Virus record (IMG/VR): IMGVR_UViG_3300012346_000047
Location: 1-36,473 of that record
Length of the DNA: 36,473 nt
Reading direction: 5' to 3' (one strand)
Origin: a virus
Taxonomy: Duplodnaviria; Caudoviricetes
In this document: in pieces, positions 7,635-15,126 of the stretch
Numbering within the stretch: position 1 is the stretch's first letter
Layout of the letters: every line of letters starts with the position of its first letter
The notes under the pieces: generated by a model
The model's database searches: none
What the model saw: the letters and a program-made list of their open reading frames with translations, nothing else
Told to the model about the DNA's origin: nothing
Position numbers and translations under genes: made by a program

Positions 7635-7804
7635 TTTTTCACCTCAGTGACACATGTAGTGTGCTTCCAAATACCAGACTCAGCCCAAACATTTTTGTCT
7701 AGTTGGTGGTAAACCTTCCCATCAACACATTTTAGGTCTGAGCACCCAGTTAAAAGCAATATGCTAAAAGCCAATGCAAGGCGTAACGCAATATCTTTAT
7801 CCAT
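7631..7804 (-). CDS. Small lipoprotein (57 aa; not in track)
   Basis: GGAG RBS; MDKDIALRLALAFSILLLTGC (lipobox LTGC) then SDLKCVDGKVY..TTCVTEVKK. Confidence 0.7.
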   Translation of the reverse strand: MDKDIALRLALAFSILLLTGCSDLKCVDGKVYHQLDKNVWAESGIWKHTTCVTEVKK

Positions 7805-8537
7805 TGTTTTCTCCAGTTATGCCGTGTGCGGCTTCGATGGCTCTGGCAAAGTCAAGTAAGTTGGCGCTGAAGTAAATGACTCCTTTATTTGATACTGTCA
7901 AACTGGAAACAACATCATTGATCTCCTCATCCGTCAGCGGCTTGCGCTTTGGCTCCCATCCCAATGCAGTTGCTATGCGCTTAGCGGCTGACTCGTCAAT
8001 GACTGGCTGTGCGGGTGGGGCGGGCTTGCGTGTCGGTATGGTGATTTTTTGAAGCAAATAATCCGCTTCTTCAAGCGACATAACATCATCGCTAAAAGCG
8101 CCCCACATATGACGGCGCAAGTTCCACACTTCACGATAGCCTCGGGGATTCCACCTTGCTATTGCGTAGTGGCCCTGTACTCCGTCGGCTCTGTCGCTAA
8201 GGTATGGCGCCCACGCCGCAGGCTCATCCTTTGCTTCTTGCTTTGGTGGGGTGGTGTTCCTTTGTGCAACTTCTTCCACCACACACACCGCCTCATCTAA
8301 CCTAATCAGCGCATCACCCGAATCGTTCTCTTTAATCATTTCGCTGTCATACAGCGCGTGCAAGTCGTCAATGATTTCTTCTGACCACGCCACAGGTTCA
8401 CCCTTTGCTTCTTTCGCGGCTTTAATAGCGTTGATGGCTTCTCGCTGAAAGCATGGGTTGTATTCAGCATTACATCTGTTTCCGCAAACGTCTTCTAACG
8501 CCTTCTGCGCTAAGTCAAGTGCTTCGTCTTTAGTCAT
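7797..8537 (-). CDS. Modular hypothetical protein (EPVAW / TTPP / LTDEE modules)
   Basis: EAKGEPVAW, TTPPKQEAKDEPAAW, KPLTDEEI, FARAIEAAHGI; GGAG RBS. Confidence 0.8.
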   Translation of the reverse strand: MTKDEALDLAQKALEDVCGNRCNAEYNPCFQREAINAIKAAKEAKGEPVAWSEEIIDDLHALYDSEMIKENDSGDALIRLDEAVCVVEEVAQRNTTPPKQEAKDEPAAWAPYLSDRADGVQGHYAIARWNPRGYREVWNLRRHMWGAFSDDVMSLEEADYLLQKITIPTRKPAPPAQPVIDESAAKRIATALGWEPKRKPLTDEEINDVVSSLTVSNKGVIYFSANLLDFARAIEAAHGITGENNG

Positions 8538-8914
8538 GTGTTCTTCTCCTTGAGTTTTGCTTCTAGGGCTTTTAAAAGCGGACTTTTATTGGCATCTTGT
8601 ATTTCGTACTTGTTTCCATTGCTATCCTGCATCCATATTACAAGCGGAGATTTCGCTGCTTTACATTTAGGGCAAGTTTGGTCTACGCAACAAGAAATGT
8701 AATAGTCCAACCCCAACTCTCTGGAATTTTCTGATTTCTTATTTAAAGCATTCTGTCTTGTTTGCCATTCAATTTCTTGCAATCTAGCAATTGCAAAACG
8801 AGCATCTTGCATTGCAAAGTGGTCGTGTTTGATTGGCCAATATCTATTTTCATTTTGAGCAACTAATTCTTTCAACGCATTTAATGCAAGATGTAGCGCA
8901 GTATCTTTATCCAT
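8534..8914 (-). CDS. Modular hypothetical protein
   Basis: Start reassigned to MDKDTALHLAL (GGAG RBS); ends LEAKLKEKNT. Confidence 0.75.
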   Translation of the reverse strand: MDKDTALHLALNALKELVAQNENRYWPIKHDHFAMQDARFAIARLQEIEWQTRQNALNKKSENSRELGLDYYISCCVDQTCPKCKAAKSPLVIWMQDSNGNKYEIQDANKSPLLKALEAKLKEKNT

Positions 8915-9311
8915 TGTTTCTCTCCTTAAGATACGCCTCAATAGTTTCAGCAAAAACACAAGCATCCCGCTCTGGATTTAGTGTTTGTGGCAATTCACCC
9001 CAGATTTTGCTACGCTCCTCATTTGTCAGCCCTACCCATGTGCGCTTTGGTGGGGTGGTGTAACGAGATGTACCTGCGTTAGAAATTCTGTTGGTGTTTA
9101 TCGACAGTACAACGCCTTGCCCCTCGAAGTAACCAGACACACTCGCCATAGGCTCACCCTTACACTTATCTTGTTCGCTTTGATACCCAACAAGCATCCT
9201 GTTAAACGTTTCCTTTGATGTGTCTGGTGCATCGTTCCAAAAGTGCCACAAGCCTTTACCTTCTTTGAACAATCGTGCACCTAATTGCTCTGGTGTTTCT
9301 TCTTTAGTCAT
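8907..9311 (-). CDS. Modular hypothetical protein
   Basis: MTKEE.., KGEPMA, TTPPKRTWVGLTNEE, FAETIEAYLKERNNG. Confidence 0.75.
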   Translation of the reverse strand: MTKEETPEQLGARLFKEGKGLWHFWNDAPDTSKETFNRMLVGYQSEQDKCKGEPMASVSGYFEGQGVVLSINTNRISNAGTSRYTTPPKRTWVGLTNEERSKIWGELPQTLNPERDACVFAETIEAYLKERNNG

Positions 9312-9540
9312 TTGCTTTCTCCTTGTTAGGCCACTCAGCCCAGATTATTGGTTTGCCAATGCAGTCTTCCTTTTCCATCACCATCTCAACAAACTGCAAT
9401 GGAGACACTTGTACAGGCTCATCCTTCGCTTCTAGTGCGGCTTTAAGAGAATCAACTACATCACTCCACGCTAGAGCACCATCTATGTGGTCACATCTTT
9501 CAGCGCACTCAAGCGCACGTTGCAATTCTTCTTTAGTCAT
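9304..9540 (-). CDS. Modular hypothetical protein
   Basis: Start reassigned to MTKEELQRALE (GGAG RBS, ATGA overlap); LKAALEAKDEPVQ. Confidence 0.75.
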   Translation of the reverse strand: MTKEELQRALECAERCDHIDGALAWSDVVDSLKAALEAKDEPVQVSPLQFVEMVMEKEDCIGKPIIWAEWPNKEKAND

Positions 9541-9740
9541 TTGTTTTCTCCAGTCGCCTTGAGGAGTCGGAACTGCGATGGAGACCAGTCGCAATATGTA
9601 TCGCTCTCGACATGTCCAAACATCGCCTTGCAACGGCGAATACTCTGACAGTCTCCACATGTGAAACCCACTGGCAGTCGCATCTTGTCTGGGTCTGACG
9701 AGTCGTAATTAACCAGCCCTTGTGTGTGTTTTTTAGTCAT
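9537..9740 (-). CDS. Small four-Cys protein
   Basis: CGDC..RC..YCDWSPS. Confidence 0.7.
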   Translation of the reverse strand: MTKKHTQGLVNYDSSDPDKMRLPVGFTCGDCQSIRRCKAMFGHVESDTYCDWSPSQFRLLKATGENK

Positions 9741-9961
9741 TCTTCAACCCTCATTCTTCGTGGTGTAAATTCTTTCTTTGGAATCCACCCTTTGTTTCCA
9801 TCTTCCAGTTCAACCATAAACTTATCGTTGTTTACCTCAAGAATTCGGCAACGCCAAAAACAATCTTGTGTTTCAGGGTTCAGTCCACCACAAAAATAAC
9901 CTGTATAGCCGACTGGATTCAATGCAAACCCGCTTTTTTGTTTTGCTTCGTCTCTATTCAT
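9737..9961 (-). CDS. Small hypothetical protein, SH3/Tudor-like pattern
   Basis: WRCRILEVNNDKFMVELEDGNKGWIPK; start reassigned to ATG 9961. Confidence 0.6.
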   Translation of the reverse strand: MNRDEAKQKSGFALNPVGYTGYFCGGLNPETQDCFWRCRILEVNNDKFMVELEDGNKGWIPKKEFTPRRMRVEE

Positions 9962-10047
9962 GAAAAACTCCAAACTAGGTTCAAGACCATTGACCAAAAA
10001 AATAACAACAGGGAAAATAATGCTGTGAAAATAATCTTGTTACTCAT
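9958..10047 (-). CDS. 29-aa hydrophobic micropeptide (not in track)
   Basis: MSNKIIFTALFSLLLFFWSMVLNLVWSFS; ATGA overlaps at both ends. Confidence 0.55.
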   Translation of the reverse strand: MSNKIIFTALFSLLLFFWSMVLNLVWSFS

Positions 10048-10832
10048 TTGGCATATTTCCCATCAATGATTTTTGCAAAGTTTGAAGCGGTAATAATCCA
10101 CTCCAAATCTGGCAACCATGTTCGGTCTTTGCTTTTGAATCCGTTGTTCAAAGATGAATCATTGGCAATGTAGGCAAAGAAGCTGTCCCACCAACGCAAA
10201 CCATCCTCTCTTGTCAGGTAGCCGTCAGGTGAATAATTTGATGGCTTTGAGGCCTGTATCCATCGGCTTTTCAAAACGGTCATTCTGTTGCCCTCCCATA
10301 CACGCGGCTGTGTCAGGTGTGGCAAATGCTTCTTGTAAAGCTGAAGAATATCTTTGTGTGGACAAGGCGGAAGTTCATCTTCCGGCAAAGATGCGTCAGC
10401 ATCTAAATCTAATAATGGTTGTTTGTTATTGGTTGTTGGTTTATGGTTTGGTGGAGCTTTGTTAACGCTTTGTGACGATCCGTTCACGCTTCGTTCACCA
10501 TTCGTGTCTTTTGCCTTACGCTTCGCCTCCCTGTCCTCTGCGATTCGTTTGTTTGTGCTTGCCTTGGCATGGTATTCAGCAATTTCCTCTTGAATACGGT
10601 TTTGCACATAACGGCCATCATCAAGGATAAAAAACCTTTTCAATACAAACTGGACAGCTTCAATTTCCGCCTCGCTTGATGCCCATGTCCATTCAATGGC
10701 CTCATCAATTGTTGGGAAACGCTCTCGGTCATAACAGGAGTCAATCAACAATGTGTAAGCCCCATGTTGAAGCATTGATAGACGACCTGTTTTCTTGGCA
10801 TAGTCGCCAATGTTCTTTTTAAAGTAGTGCAT
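10044..10832 (-). CDS. Replication initiator (YdaU/DUF1376 N-terminus; O-like)
   Basis: MHYFKKNIGDYAKKTGRLSMLQHGAYTLLIDSCY; C-terminal WLPDLEWI..NFAKIIDGKY. Confidence 0.85.
   Translation of the reverse strand: MHYFKKNIGDYAKKTGRLSMLQHGAYTLLIDSCYDRERFPTIDEAIEWTWASSEAEIEAVQFVLKRFFILDDGRYVQNRIQEEIAEYHAKASTNKRIAEDREAKRKAKDTNGERSVNGSSQSVNKAPPNHKPTTNNKQPLLDLDADASLPEDELPPCPHKDILQLYKKHLPHLTQPRVWEGNRMTVLKSRWIQASKPSNYSPDGYLTREDGLRWWDSFFAYIANDSSLNNGFKSKDRTWLPDLEWIITASNFAKIIDGKYAK
10416..10498. promoter_or_regulatory. Putative replication origin inside the initiator gene
   Basis: CGTTCAC at 10481 and 10492, related GTTAACGCTT at 10461, next to TGGTT units with a 7-nt period (10416, 10423 variant, 10430, 10437, 10444); same position as lambda ori within O. 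Confidence 0.5.
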
Positions 10833-11175
10833 GAGCCACCTCCTTGACGTTTTTATTTGTTAAGTCAAAGAAGTTGAGCAAGAAATCCAAATCTTTCACT
10901 GTTGGCTCAAACCATTCACCACGCAAGTGAGCATGACTCAAAGCATTGTGTAAATGCTTTTCAATTTCAACATCTTTTGTTGTTCTTATTGCTAACCAAA
11001 GTGCCAAAACAAATGGACAACCTGATTGAATGTTGCTCAGTCTTTGTTTTAAGTGCTTTGTTCTACCAATTTTGATGTATTCAAATTGACGTGTCGTCAA
11101 AACATAAACCATCGGCAATTTGCTGATTGGCTTTTTCTCGGCGAAGTCGCCAACATCATGTGGAAAATATTCCAT
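10819..11175 (-). CDS. GIY-YIG superfamily protein (T5orf172/MUG113-like)
   Basis: VYVL..YIKIGRT..QRLSNIQSGCP..EKHLH..GEWF; alternative start at 11196. Confidence 0.85.
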   Translation of the reverse strand: MEYFPHDVGDFAEKKPISKLPMVYVLTTRQFEYIKIGRTKHLKQRLSNIQSGCPFVLALWLAIRTTKDVEIEKHLHNALSHAHLRGEWFEPTVKDLDFLLNFFDLTNKNVKEVAHALL

Positions 11176-11206
11176 AATCCGCCTTTTAATAAACATCCCC
11201 TTGAAA

Positions 11207-11272
11207 GAAACTGCGGCAGGAGAGGGGAGAACTCTTTTCGGATGGGTAATTAGTCCATCCTAGCCGTGTTTC
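11207..11272 (-). ncRNA. Putative structured leader RNA (three-way junction)
   Basis: Outer stem GAAAC-A-CGGC / GCCG-CA-GUUUC, hairpin GGAUGG/CCAUCC, GAAA linker, hairpin AGAG/CUCU; TATAAT at 11275-11280 immediately upstream. Confidence 0.55.
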
Positions 11273-11275
11273 AAA

Positions 11276-11431
11276 TTATACGAACCACTCAGGTTTCAAA
11301 GCACGAAGTTGAAAGACCCGCATCTTTGGCACATCCTCTCCCCACATTGAGATCGCGGGTTGCGAAATGCCAAGTAGCAAGGCTAACTCTTTTATGCTTC
11401 CTGCCAGTTTTATAGCATCAATTTTTTTCAT
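11276..11431 (-). CDS. cro: Cro-like HTH regulator (51 aa; not in track)
   Basis: MKKIDAIKLAGSIKELALLLGISQPAISMWGEDVPKMRVFQLRALKPEWFV; first gene of the leftward arm. Confidence 0.85.
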   Translation of the reverse strand: MKKIDAIKLAGSIKELALLLGISQPAISMWGEDVPKMRVFQLRALKPEWFV

Positions 11432-11634
11432 AAACGCCATTATAAGCAAGTTTAGCTCACAAAAATAAGAGGAAACCCTTAGGTGACAGCTGTGAAGTGT
11501 GCCAAAAAAACAACGAAACTACAAAAAAATAAGGAAATTTATCAATTTTTTGAGAAATAAATAATTTATCTATTTTTTGAAGCAAAATTCATTCATGCCG
11601 CAAACATCAAGCGGTCTTTTAAAAGGAAATCAAA
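11432..11634. promoter_or_regulatory. Divergent early control region
   Basis: AT-rich, between divergent operons; TATAAT (minus) at 11439-11444; imperfect palindrome TAAGAGGAAACCCTTA at 11466-11481. Confidence 0.7.
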
Positions 11635-11637
11635 ATG
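11613..11637 (+). repeat. Repeated early leader/RBS motif, copy 1
   Basis: GGTCTTTTAAAAGGAAATCAAAATG, 24/25 identical to 13011-13035; degenerate copy at about 11920-11946. Confidence 0.85.
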
Positions 11638-11850
11638 TCAACTCAAGTTCAACTCACACCAAACAAAACTTACGCAACAGTTGCCAATGCAATCAAGGCT
11701 GTTGAAAAAAAATATCCATCTGACAAGTTCGGCCTCAATCAATTGCGTTACATGATTTTGACCCATACAGATGGCCGCTTCTTTCCTTGCTTCATTGGTA
11801 CAAGCGCAATGCAATACGGTGTCCACTTCCACTTCAACATCGTTGCTTAA
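11635..11850 (+). CDS. Early hypothetical protein
   Basis: AAGGA RBS; first rightward gene. Confidence 0.75.
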   Translation: MSTQVQLTPNKTYATVANAIKAVEKKYPSDKFGLNQLRYMILTHTDGRFFPCFIGTSAMQYGVHFHFNIVA

Positions 11851-11855
11851 TTACC

Positions 11856-11922
11856 CATCTTGAGGCTCATGCTGTGAGCCTTGAGATGTGCAATCAGGCA
11901 CATCACAACAATCCCCTCGGGG
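11856..11922 (+). other. Intergenic hairpin cluster
   Basis: 14-bp stem 11856-11888 (two G-U pairs), overlapping alternative stem GATGTGC/GCACATC 11885-11904, then CCCCTCGGGG. Confidence 0.55.
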
Positions 11923-11943
11923 TCTTTATTAAGGAAAATTATC

Positions 11944-12915
11944 ATGGCACATTTAATTGAAACAAACACAATGACAGGCTTGGCAGAGATCGCTTATGTG
12001 GGTCAGAAGCCTTGGCATGGCCTTGGCCAAGAATTGAACCCTGACGCTGACATTGACACATGGGCAAAGATGGCCGGATTAGACTGGACAGCGCAAGTGT
12101 CACCAGTTCGCTTTGAGCCACTCGGTTCTGATGGCGATATGTTGCGTGTTGAGGGTCAGAATGTTGTTTACCGTAGCGACACATTTGCTCCGCTCGGCTT
12201 GGTCACAAACCGCTACAAGCTCCATCAGCCAAAGGATGTATTGGATTTCTTCAATGTGTTGATGCAAAGCGCAGGATTCAAATTAGAGGTCGCAGGAGCG
12301 ATCAAAGGCGGTAAACGCATTTGGGCATTGGCGAATACAAACAAAGAGGCCTGTGTCCTCGGTGACGATGCTGTGCGGGGTTACTTGCTGTTGTCCACTA
12401 GCTTCGATGGCTCTACGGCCACAGTCGGCCAGTTCACAAGCGTTCGTGTCGTGTGCAATAACACTCTATCAGCCGCTGACAACGAAGTTGCCCCAAGCCG
12501 TTTCAATATCACACATGGCCGCGCTTTTGATGCAAGCCTGATGCGTGACAAGCTCGGCCTCGTTGTGAGTGGCTTTGACGGCATGATGGACAAGTACCGC
12601 CATTTGGCGCGTCAGCAAGTCAGCGTCAACTATGTCAAAGATTTCCTAGACAATTTGTTCCCTGCCAACTTTGATCCAAAGACTGCCGAGTTCAAGCCAT
12701 CACGCGGCTACAACAAGGTACTTGAGTTGTTTGAGGGCAAGGGTATGGGGGCAGATTTGCAGGGCGCAGGGGGCACGAAATGGGGCTTGCTCAATGCTGT
12801 CACCCAGTACATTGACCACGACAAAGGCCACAATGTCGACAGCCGCATGAATAACGCATGGTTTGGCAATGGCAATCGCATGAAAAGCGAGGCCGAATCC
12901 ATTTTGTTGGCATAA
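11944..12915 (+). CDS. DUF932 (TIGR03299-like) phage/plasmid protein
   Basis: MAHLIE..PWHGLG..AGLDW..LLLSTSFDGS..RVVCNNTL..GTKWGLLNAVTQYIDH; start reassigned to ATG 11944. Confidence 0.9.
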   Translation: MAHLIETNTMTGLAEIAYVGQKPWHGLGQELNPDADIDTWAKMAGLDWTAQVSPVRFEPLGSDGDMLRVEGQNVVYRSDTFAPLGLVTNRYKLHQPKDVLDFFNVLMQSAGFKLEVAGAIKGGKRIWALANTNKEACVLGDDAVRGYLLLSTSFDGSTATVGQFTSVRVVCNNTLSAADNEVAPSRFNITHGRAFDASLMRDKLGLVVSGFDGMMDKYRHLARQQVSVNYVKDFLDNLFPANFDPKTAEFKPSRGYNKVLELFEGKGMGADLQGAGGTKWGLLNAVTQYIDHDKGHNVDSRMNNAWFGNGNRMKSEAESILLA

Positions 12916-12916
12916 G

Positions 12917-13035
12917 CAAGGGTTTCCCCTCATCAAATATTTTTGGTGGGGGGTGTCGAATCCTTGAATAATCTGGCTTATAATTCATCCATGCCCTGCA
13001 ATTTCTGAAGGGTCTTTTAAGAGGAAATCAAAATG
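12917..13035 (+). promoter_or_regulatory. Second early promoter/leader unit
   Basis: AAGGGTTTCCCCT palindrome (12/13 match to the reverse complement of the 11466 site), TATAAT near 12980 and the repeated leader at 13011-13035. Confidence 0.6.
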
Positions 13036-13230
13036 CGCAAACTTTTCAAAATCACCGAAGTTTATCTTCAGGCTGAATACTTCAACCCCCGCCTCAATTG
13101 CAATATTCCTGCCGCTTGGATTGCTGTATTCAACAACGGCCATGAAGTTGCAATCTGCCGCGAATGGGAAGCATCAACTGCCGAAGATGCTCAAGCCTAT
13201 TACGAAATGCATAACGCTGAATTTGCTTAA
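13033..13230 (+). CDS. Early hypothetical protein
   Basis: GAGGA RBS within the repeated leader. Confidence 0.75.
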   Translation: MRKLFKITEVYLQAEYFNPRLNCNIPAAWIAVFNNGHEVAICREWEASTAEDAQAYYEMHNAEFA

Positions 13231-13241
13231 GGAGAAATGAA

Positions 13242-13331
13242 ATGAAAGAAAAAACAATTGATTTTTTGTGCTTCATTGGCTGTGTCATCGTGTTCGGTGG
13301 CATCGGTGTGATGCTTGCTTGGAGGGGCTGA
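13242..13331 (+). CDS. 29-aa single-TM peptide (not in track)
   Basis: AAGGAG RBS; MKEKTIDFLCFIGCVIVFGGIGVMLAWRG. Confidence 0.65.
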   Translation: MKEKTIDFLCFIGCVIVFGGIGVMLAWRG

Positions 13332-13333
13332 AC

Positions 13334-13492
13334 ATGAATACGCGCTTCTTAACTCATGTCCGCAGAATCTTTGCATCGTACGATGCGCCTCCGGAAACGA
13401 TTCGGTCATACCAACGGCAATGGATTCGCTCCGTTCGCCACCTTGGAGATAAATGGCTTGTAGCCAAACAGATTCAGAGGGTTGAGCAATGA
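13334..13492 (+). CDS. Hypothetical protein
   Basis: GGAGG RBS; MNTRFLTHVRR..QWIRSVRHLGDKWLVA; start reassigned. Confidence 0.7.
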   Translation: MNTRFLTHVRRIFASYDAPPETIRSYQRQWIRSVRHLGDKWLVAKQIQRVEQ

Positions 13493-13689
13493 ACAAACTA
13501 GACGCTGACCAAATCATCATGTCAATCGCACTTGATGCCTCTCGCCTCTTTGAAGGTGGCGAGCCAAGAGATAGGCTTTCCTATCAGGTCGGAATGTTGC
13601 AGGGCAAGATACGCGAACTCTGCTACATCATCAATCTTCACGAAGAATTGATTTCTGAAATTAAACAACAATTGGATTCCGTCAAATGA
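13489..13689 (+). CDS. Hypothetical coiled-coil protein
   Basis: ATGA overlaps on both sides. Confidence 0.7.
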   Translation: MNKLDADQIIMSIALDASRLFEGGEPRDRLSYQVGMLQGKIRELCYIINLHEELISEIKQQLDSVK

Positions 13690-14252
13690 AACAAATCGCA
13701 TCAGCCTTGGTAAAGGCACAAAAAGAATTCGGTCCTGCGCTGAAGAGTTCCACCAATCCGCATTTCAAATCCAAGTACGCTGACCTCGCGGCTTGCATTG
13801 AGGCTGTGATTGATGCGCTGAACAACAACGGCATTGCGCTTGTACAGCAGTTGAGCGAGTGTGACTCAGGCGTTATTGTGGAAACATTGTTTATCCATGA
13901 ATCAGGGGAAATATTCAACTGCGGCAAGATTCACATTCCCGCTGTCAAACATGACGCGCAGGGCTTTGGTAGCGCGTTGACATACGCTCGGAGGTACAGC
14001 GTCATGGCGGCTTGCGGCATCGCACCTGAAGACGATGATGGCAATGCGGCCACAAGAAAAAAGAAGCCTGAGATTGACGAGTCATTCATGGCCGACCATC
14101 TTGCCGCAATTGATTCCGCTTCAGATGCAGATGCGTTGAAAACTTCGTTCACATTGGCTTATCAGTTTGCCAATGGCGACACCGATTGGCAGAAAAAAAT
14201 CATTGCGAAAAAAGATGCTCGCAAAAAAGCACTCGCAGAAAGTCAGGGGTAA
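13686..14252 (+). CDS. erf: ERF-family ssDNA-annealing protein
   Basis: NPHFKSKYADL..HESGE..QGFGSALTYARRYS..EDDDGN. Confidence 0.92.
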   Translation: MKQIASALVKAQKEFGPALKSSTNPHFKSKYADLAACIEAVIDALNNNGIALVQQLSECDSGVIVETLFIHESGEIFNCGKIHIPAVKHDAQGFGSALTYARRYSVMAACGIAPEDDDGNAATRKKKPEIDESFMADHLAAIDSASDADALKTSFTLAYQFANGDTDWQKKIIAKKDARKKALAESQG

Positions 14253-14255
14253 TCT

Positions 14256-14873
14256 ATGGAACAGGGAACAGAAGAATGGTTTGCCGCGCGTCTTGGCCGT
14301 GTGACCGCGAGCAGGGTGCAAGACATTGTCGCTCGTACCAAATCCGGATACAGCGCGAGCCGTGACAACTACATGGCACAGCTAGTATGCGAACGCTTGA
14401 CAGGCAAGGCGGCAGAGTCCTTCACGAATGCGGCAATGGCTCACGGCACAGAAACCGAGCCGCTTGCAAGGGCGGCCTATGAGATGGCCAATGGCGTTCT
14501 CGTTGATGAGGTCGGCTTCATTCAGCATCCAACGCTGATGGCCGGAGCATCGCCTGATGGGATGGTCGGCACAGATGGGTTGATTGAGATCAAGTGTCCG
14601 CAGACCAACACTCATATTGATACGCTTATTAAGGGAAAGATTCCGAGCAAATATAAAGCTCAGATGACTTGGCAAATGCTGTGTACTGGCCGCAAATGGT
14701 GCGACTTCATCAGCTTTGACCCAAGACTGCCGCAAGAGTTGCAAATGTTTGTACAGCGTTACCCATACGATGCCAAATATGCAAAAGAGTTGGAGTCTGA
14801 AGTTCTGTTGTTCTTGGCAGAAGTTGATGTCACTCTAACAACATTAAACCAACTGAAAGAAAAGAATGTCTAA
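14256..14873 (+). CDS. YqaJ / lambda-exonuclease family recombination nuclease
   Basis: EQGTEEWFAARLGRVTAS..HGTETEP..GASPDG..IEIKCP..YKAQMTWQM. Confidence 0.92.
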   Translation: MEQGTEEWFAARLGRVTASRVQDIVARTKSGYSASRDNYMAQLVCERLTGKAAESFTNAAMAHGTETEPLARAAYEMANGVLVDEVGFIQHPTLMAGASPDGMVGTDGLIEIKCPQTNTHIDTLIKGKIPSKYKAQMTWQMLCTGRKWCDFISFDPRLPQELQMFVQRYPYDAKYAKELESEVLLFLAEVDVTLTTLNQLKEKNV

Positions 14874-15114
14874 GACTACTTACGAAATTTCCGTGATCAG
14901 CGGAAAATATGTGAACAAAGATGGCGTGAATAAAAACCGCTATCAACGAATCGGCTCTGTCATTGAAACCAAGAATGGTCCAATGCTCAAGCTCGATAGC
15001 GTTCCACTAATTGATGGTGGATGGAATGGATGGGCTTACATGAACCCGCCCAAACCGCAGGAGGCAAACCCCCAAGGCTTGCCACAACTGGAAGATGACG
15101 ATATTCCCTTTTAG
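14866..15114 (+). CDS. Small SSB-like protein
   Basis: Beta-rich body with acidic DDDIPF C-terminus; follows ERF and the exonuclease. Confidence 0.7.
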   Translation: MSKTTYEISVISGKYVNKDGVNKNRYQRIGSVIETKNGPMLKLDSVPLIDGGWNGWAYMNPPKPQEANPQGLPQLEDDDIPF

Positions 15115-15126
15115 AATTTAAACAAT

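Larger units (their letters stand above)
7773..9551 (-). repeat. Dispersed short direct repeats at gene and module junctions
   Basis: 7773-7809 vs 8883-8919 (33/37); 9297-9322 vs 9526-9551 (25/26), related copy at 8523-8549; 8240-8257 = 9044-9061 (18/18); 8219-8238 vs 9414-9433 (19/20) and vs 8393-8412 (18/20). Confidence 0.85.

Noticed and set aside
7773-9551. CRISPR array or diversity-generating retroelement as an explanation of the repeats
   Set aside because: Repeats are irregularly spaced and protein-coding; no cas or reverse transcriptase gene and no adenine-specific TR/VR pair.
9990-10005. Possible frameshift at the T7 run upstream of the 9737 ORF
   Set aside because: The 29-aa ORF 9958-10047 reads through it in frame with ATGA overlaps at both ends.
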